Part shown: positions 58,144 through 64,000 of the stretch, piece after piece
How positions within the stretch are numbered: position 1 is the first letter of the stretch
Layout: every line of letters begins with the position of its first letter
Source of the DNA: Phycisphaeraceae bacterium
Lineage (GTDB): Bacteria > Planctomycetota > Phycisphaerae > Phycisphaerales > Phycisphaeraceae
Length of the DNA stretch: 64,000 nucleotides
Direction: 5' to 3'
Assembly (NCBI GenBank): GCA_963674705.1
Contig: OY771506.1
Location: 4,160,001-4,224,000, forward strand
Notes under the pieces: generated by a model
Seen by the model: only the letters and a program-made list of their open reading frames with translations
The model's database searches: none
Told to the model about the DNA's origin: nothing
Position numbers and translations under genes: made by a program

Positions 58144-60618
58144 GTGACAAGTGTGAGTAAACCCGGCATCCAACCCGTCTCGATCAATGCAAGATCGCAG
58201 AAGCTGTTCGACAACGGCTACGGCTACTTCTCCGACGATGGCAGCGAGTACGTCATCACCCGGCCCGACACGCCCAAGCCATGGGTCAACGTCATCTGCC
58301 CGGGCGATTATGGCTTTGTCGTCTCACAGGTCGGCGGCGGATACTCCTGGCAAACACACGCAGGCGTCAACCGCATCACCCGCTGGGAACAGGACCTCGT
58401 CAGCGATTCCCACGGCAAGTACATCTACATCCGCGATGAAGATACCGGCCAATTCTGGTCGCCCACATGGAAACCCGTCTGCTGTGATTACGAACAATAC
58501 GAATGCCGTCACGGCATGGGTTACAGCTTCTTCACCACGACCGTAAACAACATCCGCGCCGAACTGACATTGTTCGCCGTCCCCGGTGAGTCCGTAGAAC
58601 TCTGGCAGATCAAGCTGACCAATCTCGGCAAGCAGAATCGGAATCTATCCGTCTGGTCATACCTGGAATGGTGCCTCGGCGTCGGCCCGGACACGCATCG
58701 CGAGTTCCACAAGACATTCCTGGAAACGATACGATCCTCCGATCATCGCGCCGTATTCGCTACAAAGCGCATGTGGGATATCCCAAACGAAAAAGGCCAG
58801 CATTGGAACCGCAACTGGGACAAGATCGCATTCCATTGCGTGGATATCTCCGCCGCCGGTTCATCCGGCAATAAAGAAGCATTCATCGGACAATACGGTA
58901 CACAGGCCAACCCGATGGCGCTGCGAGAGGGCGGTTATGTCGCCAAGACAACCGGCCGATGGGACGATTCGATCGCCAGCTTGTCTGCCCCGGTTACTTT
59001 AGCCCCACAAGAAACCAAATCACTGACATTCTCGCTGGGCGTTGCCGAGAATAACGACCAAGCCGAGCAATTGGTCAAGCAGTATCAGCAATCTGATGCA
59101 GCCGATCGAGCCCTGACTGACGCCAAGCAATTCTGGAATGATTGGCTGGACCGGTCGCAAGTCGACACGCCTGATGACAGTGTCAACCTCGTCGTGAACC
59201 GCTGGTTCAAGTACCAGTCCTTGTCCTCCCGCATCTGGGGCCGCACCGCCTACTACCAGACCGGCGGCGCCTACGGCTATCGCGATCAGTTACAGGACAG
59301 CCAATTATTCCTGCACCTCGATCCCGAACGCACCAAAGCCCAGATCATGCTGCACGCCTCCCGTCAGTTCGCAGCCGGGCACGTCCAGCACTGGTGGCAC
59401 CCCATCCTCGATACCGGCATGGAGTCCCAGTTCTCCGACGACCTGCTCTGGCTGCCATTTATAACCATCAACTACCTCAAAGAAACAGCCGACTTCAGCA
59501 TCTTCAACGAAACCGCCACATACCTCGACCAGCCGCTCGATCAAGACAACACCGGCAGCCTCTATGAACATTGCTGCCGAACGATAGAGCGATCACTAAG
59601 CAAACGCAGCGAACGCGGCCTGCCACTGATCGGAACAGGCGACTGGAACGACGGCTTCTCCGTCACCGGTTGGGCCGGCAAAGGCGAAAGCGTCTGGGTC
59701 GCCCAGTTCCTCGTCGCGATCCTCAAAGAATTCTGCCCCGCGGTTGAATTGGCGATCGACAAAGGCGAAGTCTCAGAGGATGAAAGAGCCCGTCTTAAGC
59801 GTTACACCAACGAAATCGAAAACCTCACCAACGCGGTGAACGAGCACGGCTGGGACGGCCAATGGTACTGGGCCGCCAGTTGCGACGACCGCACACTTGT
59901 CGGCAGCCACACCGCCAACGAAGGCAAGATCCACCTGAATCCGCAGACATGGTCCGTGTTAAGCGACATCGTCCCCGACGACAGGCGTGACGCGGTACTG
60001 GCTTCACTCGAAAAATACCTCTACCGCGACTACGGCGCAGTGCTGCTTCAACCCGCCTATTCCACGCCCGACCCGCGCATAGGCTACCTCACGCGCTACG
60101 CCGCCGGCACACGCGAGAACGGCGGCCTCTACGCGCATGCCGCCGCCTGGGCCATCCAGATGGAATGCAAGCTCAAACGCCCCGACAAAGCATGGAACTT
60201 GTTCCGCAAGATGTCCCCGCCACTGCGCGGCATGGACCCGAAACTCTATCAATGCGAACCCTACGTCACCGCCGCCAACGTCGACGGCCCCGACTCGCCG
60301 TACTACGGCAAGGGCGGCTGGACCTGGTACACCGGCTCCTCCGCATGGGTCTACCGCGTCCTCATGGAATCCATCATGGGCGTCCGACCTACCTTCCAAG
60401 GCCTGCTCATCGACCCGTGCATCCCCTCGCATTGGGATGGCTTCAAAATGACACGCCGTTACCGCGGCAACGTCTACCACATTAACGTGAAGCGTCCCGC
60501 TGGCGCGTCGCTGGAAGTCCAGTCCATCACACTCGATGGCACAACGATAGATGGTAAAGTCCTGCCGCCACCGGATTCAAAGAGCGGTGAGCACCAGGTA
60601 GAAGTCATACTCAAGTAA
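58144..60618 (+). CDS. GH94 glycoside phosphorylase
   Basis: TPKPWVNVI, CRHGMGYS, YYQTGGAYGYRDQLQD, SDDLLWLP, GDWNDG, RENGGLYAH, WTWYTGS. Confidence 0.93.
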   Translation: MTSVSKPGIQPVSINARSQKLFDNGYGYFSDDGSEYVITRPDTPKPWVNVICPGDYGFVVSQVGGGYSWQTHAGVNRITRWEQDLVSDSHGKYIYIRDEDTGQFWSPTWKPVCCDYEQYECRHGMGYSFFTTTVNNIRAELTLFAVPGESVELWQIKLTNLGKQNRNLSVWSYLEWCLGVGPDTHREFHKTFLETIRSSDHRAVFATKRMWDIPNEKGQHWNRNWDKIAFHCVDISAAGSSGNKEAFIGQYGTQANPMALREGGYVAKTTGRWDDSIASLSAPVTLAPQETKSLTFSLGVAENNDQAEQLVKQYQQSDAADRALTDAKQFWNDWLDRSQVDTPDDSVNLVVNRWFKYQSLSSRIWGRTAYYQTGGAYGYRDQLQDSQLFLHLDPERTKAQIMLHASRQFAAGHVQHWWHPILDTGMESQFSDDLLWLPFITINYLKETADFSIFNETATYLDQPLDQDNTGSLYEHCCRTIERSLSKRSERGLPLIGTGDWNDGFSVTGWAGKGESVWVAQFLVAILKEFCPAVELAIDKGEVSEDERARLKRYTNEIENLTNAVNEHGWDGQWYWAASCDDRTLVGSHTANEGKIHLNPQTWSVLSDIVPDDRRDAVLASLEKYLYRDYGAVLLQPAYSTPDPRIGYLTRYAAGTRENGGLYAHAAAWAIQMECKLKRPDKAWNLFRKMSPPLRGMDPKLYQCEPYVTAANVDGPDSPYYGKGGWTWYTGSSAWVYRVLMESIMGVRPTFQGLLIDPCIPSHWDGFKMTRRYRGNVYHINVKRPAGASLEVQSITLDGTTIDGKVLPPPDSKSGEHQVEVILK

Positions 60619-60638
60619 AACGCATCAACGACTGCGCT

Positions 60639-60700
60639 GCGCTCGGCGCGGGCCTCCCGACCCCACCGATCCTTCGACCGAAGGTCTCCAAGCCCAGACG
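60639..60700 (+). repeat. REP-like repeat, copy 1
   Basis: 57/62 identical to 62459-62520; internal imperfect hairpin. Confidence 0.85.
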
Positions 60701-60781
60701 TCTTGCGGGTGCCCGACTTGGACCCGCAGGACAAAGGCGGTTGGCGCGGAGCGCCCGTCTTTGTCATGAGTGCGCCGACAC

Positions 60782-60814
60782 AAGACATCTAATATAACTT
60801 ATATTAGATGTCTT
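60782..60814. repeat. Perfect 33-bp AT-rich palindrome
   Basis: AAGACATCTAATATAA-C-TTATATTAGATGTCTT. Confidence 0.9.
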
Positions 60815-60862
60815 ACGCTAAGTCGAGGTTGTTCTCAAGCAGCATAAACCGCCGATTTGATA

Positions 60863-62380
60863 TCACTCCGCTTTCGCAGGCTCCGGCCCTTCACCGACAG
60901 GCCAGAGTTCCCAGCGGCGCACGTACAGCTCCGCCATCTCGGTCTGCAGTTGCAGCTTGCCGCGACGCGGTGTGACATCGAACGCTTCGTTGACTTTCTG
61001 GCCGTTGATATAGGTTGTCACGTGGCCGCCGTCACTGATGACATCCATACGTGTCCATTCGCCGTGAGGGCTTTCTACATCATCCGGTCCGCGGAAATCG
61101 AGTTTGTCTTCCCAATCAGGGTCACGGTTCAGCCAGTTGACGCGGCTGCGGTTTTCAAGATTGAAAGTTTGCTTCGGTTCGCCTGCTCTCCAGATCATCT
61201 CGCCATCCCGATCCTTGCCGACCTCGCAGGTGATCGACAACGGCACCGGTTCACCACGCGTATCTTTACCGGATACGAGAATGAAGTCGCCGACGCCGCC
61301 CTCGATAATCTGCACCTCGATCGCCGGCATCCACCGCCCAACACATCCGCCATCCGCACCGTTACTGTGAATCAACATCCCGGAATCCCGCGCTTTTTCT
61401 GACCGATCTCCCCATACACGATCACCCCATTTGTATTCCAGAACAAGGTGATAATTGTCGTATGCCTGTTCGGTAAGAATCCCGCCATACCCCTCGCCCG
61501 TAACATGCAGCATCCCATCTGAAATGCCAAATACATGCTTGGGATCCTCGTATCCCGAGCCTTGTATCCAGGTATACAACCCGTCAAGGTTCTTACCATT
61601 GAATAACGTCACCCGACGCTGTTCTTTGTTTACCAGCTTCTTCGCCTCAGCATTATCGTCAGGCAATTCACGGATGTAGATGTTTCTGAACCACAGCTTG
61701 TTGCCATGATTCTGCAGTTCGATCTGCCCCGACTCAGGGATGGGCTTACCCCGTTCAAAGTAGTTCTCCATCACGACATCATCAACGACAAGCTGATCGT
61801 TCAGACGCACGGTCACGCGGTCGCCAATCATGCGGATATAGAACGTGTTCCATTCACCAACAGGGTTGTCAGCCTTGATCAGCGGGAGGTTCTCATGTTC
61901 CTTGTTGTTCCACAAGCTCCCCGAACCTTTGTCCGCACCGTGCTTGAATAACGGCTCATGCGTCGTGTCCCAGATCTGCACCTGCGGATTACCGCGAATA
62001 TAAACTCCGCTGTCGCCTTCAGGCAGGATCTTCCAATCCACATACATCTCGAAGTTCTTGTAATCCTTCGCGGTGCAGAGGTTCTCGCCGTGGCCATCAA
62101 ATTCGATCACGCCATCCACACACTTCCAGTGCTCGCGCATCTTCGCATCAGCTTCCGCCTGTGCTTCAGCCAGTTCTTCAGCCGACATCGCCGCCCGCTT
62201 AGGCGGATTCGCAACCAGACCTTTCCAGCCATCAAGATTGTGCCCATTAAACAGAGCGGTAAAACCCGCCGGCGGTGTATTGAGGCTTCCCCCCCATGCA
62301 ACCGCACCCACCGGCAGCACACAAAAAACAACCAACAACACAACAGCAACACCAAAATCCATCCGGGATAGTCTGAACAT
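60863..62380 (-). CDS. Secreted protein with two DUF1080 (3-keto-disaccharide hydrolase-like) domains
   Basis: LFNGxNLDG twice; GDSGVYIR/RDSGMLI; GEWN/GEWT; IELQNHG...FRNIYIREL and LQLQTE. Confidence 0.9.
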   Translation of the reverse strand: MFRLSRMDFGVAVVLLVVFCVLPVGAVAWGGSLNTPPAGFTALFNGHNLDGWKGLVANPPKRAAMSAEELAEAQAEADAKMREHWKCVDGVIEFDGHGENLCTAKDYKNFEMYVDWKILPEGDSGVYIRGNPQVQIWDTTHEPLFKHGADKGSGSLWNNKEHENLPLIKADNPVGEWNTFYIRMIGDRVTVRLNDQLVVDDVVMENYFERGKPIPESGQIELQNHGNKLWFRNIYIRELPDDNAEAKKLVNKEQRRVTLFNGKNLDGLYTWIQGSGYEDPKHVFGISDGMLHVTGEGYGGILTEQAYDNYHLVLEYKWGDRVWGDRSEKARDSGMLIHSNGADGGCVGRWMPAIEVQIIEGGVGDFILVSGKDTRGEPVPLSITCEVGKDRDGEMIWRAGEPKQTFNLENRSRVNWLNRDPDWEDKLDFRGPDDVESPHGEWTRMDVISDGGHVTTYINGQKVNEAFDVTPRRGKLQLQTEMAELYVRRWELWPVGEGPEPAKAE

Positions 62381-62458
62381 GCATATCCTCCTTATTGCCT
62401 TTCATTCTACGCCCAAACCACAATGATGATAAAATGTACACGTCCCGACTGACGTACC

Positions 62459-62520
62459 GCGCTCGGCGCGGGTCTCCCGACCCCACCGCTCCATCGACCG
62501 AAGGTCTCCAACCCCAAACG
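62459..62520 (+). repeat. REP-like repeat, copy 2
   Basis: Direct repeat of 60639-60700. Confidence 0.85.
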
Positions 62521-62552
62521 CCTCACCCGACAAATACCGCGAATTGTCGGAT

Positions 62553-62773
62553 CGTAGGGTGGCGTTAAGCGAAGCGCAACCCACCACAGTCATGTCGCGA
62601 CATACGAATGCAGGTAACCACGATGATGCATGGCGTGTGGAGCTGTTTATCGTTTCATCGTGCGAGATCAGAGCGTTAGCAAAATGGCATCACGTTTAGC
62701 CGACACTAAAAAGGCAGCGCGAGAGTAGATGTGCATCCGTGGTGGGTTGCGCTTCGCTTAACCTCACCCTACG
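62553..62773. repeat. Inverted pair of GTAG-type REP sequences (REPIN-like)
   Basis: CGTAGGGTGGCGTTAAGCGAAGCGCAACCCACCAC (62553-87) and an inverted copy (62739-73), 33/35 identical. Confidence 0.85.
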
Positions 62774-62870
62774 CCAGAGTAGGAACCCACGCTACTTGCT
62801 TGCTCAGGCGTCAATCGAAAGGTTTTCTACAGAGCAGGTCAGACCCCGTTTCTCGTCTGACCCCGTTTCT

Positions 62871-63023
62871 GCCCTGGGCAAAGTGAGGCAAACAGAATAT
62901 AGTAATCCCGGTGTAGGACCCCAAGGTTCTACGGCAATATATTATTGGGGTGACAAAGTTGATATCAACGGTACGGTATTTCCGGAAACTAACGACGGCA
63001 CCTGTGCGGAGAATGTAAAATGA
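62871..63023 (+). pseudogene. Headless 3' gene fragment (ALGKVRQTEY...CAENVK*), possible polymorphic-toxin tip remnant
   Basis: Begins right after a duplicated GTC(A/T)GACCCCGTTTCT motif; its stop overlaps the next ATG (ATGA). Confidence 0.4.
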
Positions 63024-63490
63024 GATCGATTTCTATGAAGTCCTGGTGCTTTATTATCCTGGTAACTATTGTGTTTGCATTGTCAATAAGTATGCTGGGA
63101 TATGCTTACTGGAATTTGAGGTTTGTCAATAATTTTTCATCGCAAATATCTTTAGGGAGCACAATTGGTCAAGCGCTTGATGTAACCACGTCATGGCAAG
63201 GAGAAAATAACCTCCTGGTACAGTGTTCCTCTGAGTCAACTGGTTATTTCACTCTTGTTATTCGTATTATTGATCAAAGCAACTTTAATGAGTACCCGTT
63301 GACGTTTAAATGGGATGGAGTGTCTTTGGTATTGAACCCGGATTTAGACCGCGCTGAGGATACGCCAGCATACTCACTGATTAGAAAAAATGATCGTTCT
63401 TTGTGGTTGTTCATTCATGATTATGAAGACCACGGAATCATAGACTCTCACCGATACTTGATTGAGTTTAGTTCTTCTCACCCAGAATAA
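63020..63490 (+). CDS. Hypothetical AT-rich protein with an N-terminal TM helix (possible immunity protein)
   Basis: 156-aa ORF; GGAG SD; coupled to the upstream fragment; visibly AT-rich. Confidence 0.6.
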   Translation: MRSISMKSWCFIILVTIVFALSISMLGYAYWNLRFVNNFSSQISLGSTIGQALDVTTSWQGENNLLVQCSSESTGYFTLVIRIIDQSNFNEYPLTFKWDGVSLVLNPDLDRAEDTPAYSLIRKNDRSLWLFIHDYEDHGIIDSHRYLIEFSSSHPE

Positions 63491-63633
63491 GGGGCTTATC
63501 CCCTTTCCGAGCCTGGCAATGCCTGTCGATTCATGGGAACCAAAACGGGGACATTCGCAAAGCGTAGGAACTGCCGAATATCAACCCAAGGCGCAAATTC
63601 GATATCCCCAACAAAACAAGAAAAGTTGACACA

Positions 63634-64000
63634 ATGGAATTATTGACTGAGACATCACTGAACTGCCTTGTTTCGGCAGGATGGCACAAGGGACGTTCGA
63701 TAGACATTGATGAATTTGTGGAAGAAAACAAGAAGTGCGGATTCGCCTTTGTGGACCTAGCGGCAGATTTTCTACGCGAATATGGTTACTTGCGCCTCAA
63801 GTATCCTCACTATCGCGTACCCGAAAGCATGGATTCGTGCCACTTTAACGCTACAATAGCAGCGGGTAGTGCAATTCCGGGGCTTATACAAGATTATGAG
63901 AAAGCTTTGGGGCGACCGCTAACAGTCATTGGTGAAGCTTTTACCGATCACATGACAGTTGTTATGGACGATCTTGGGAGAGTCTATGGTGGTTTCGAAG
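63634..64000 (+). CDS. SUKH-3 family immunity protein (3'-partial; absent from the ORF track)
   Basis: Hand translation: MELLTETSLNCLVSAGWHKGRSIDI...AADFLREYGYL...LGRPLTVIGEA...VMDDLGRVYGGFE. Confidence 0.8.
   Translation, partial: MELLTETSLNCLVSAGWHKGRSIDIDEFVEENKKCGFAFVDLAADFLREYGYLRLKYPHYRVPESMDSCHFNATIAAGSAIPGLIQDYEKALGRPLTVIGEAFTDHMTVVMDDLGRVYGGFE

Noticed and set aside
62739..62870. N-terminal part of the 94-aa ORF 62739..63023
   Set aside because: It is a translation of REP and repeat DNA (MVGCASLN...); only the part after 62870 looks like real coding sequence.
1..64000. CRISPR array
   Set aside because: No run of equal-length repeats with unique spacers; the repeats seen are coding modules or isolated REP-like pairs.

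Overview
Bacterial chromosomal window, most likely a planctomycete of the Phycisphaerae type. This is inferred from 11 PEP-CTERM genes, 4 DUF1559-like prepilin genes, repeated dockerin-like modules and an LEPRxLL N-terminus. Left to right: a conserved hypothetical gene, a porin remnant, a PEP-CTERM gene, tmRNA (ssrA, 3111-3484), a HAF-repeat PEP-CTERM gene, an RND efflux operon and a K+ channel. Next is a thiol-redox/peptidase region (DsbD with duplicated N-domain, triple-thioredoxin TlpA, M16 peptidase, second TlpA) interleaved with PEP-CTERM/prepilin units, then an IS630 element. A locus of PEP-CTERM proteins carrying a BNR/lyase-like domain and GH88 follows, then an orphan gene between inverted repeats. 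After that come a LacI-controlled probable beta-1,2-glucan locus (GH144-like enzymes, ABC transporter, GH94), a DUF1080 gene between REP-like direct repeats, and the start of an immunity-gene region (SUKH-3). Main leads: (1) a recurring module of a prepilin-like gene plus twin paralogous PEP-CTERM proteins, one with and one without a dockerin-like domain, at TonB-receptor-free nutrient loci; (2) short AAACGGG(G)-type inverted ends bracketing apparently foreign cargo; (3) LacI operators written into the repressor's own coding sequence behind a leaderless start. All family assignments come from motif recognition by eye; no database searches were run.
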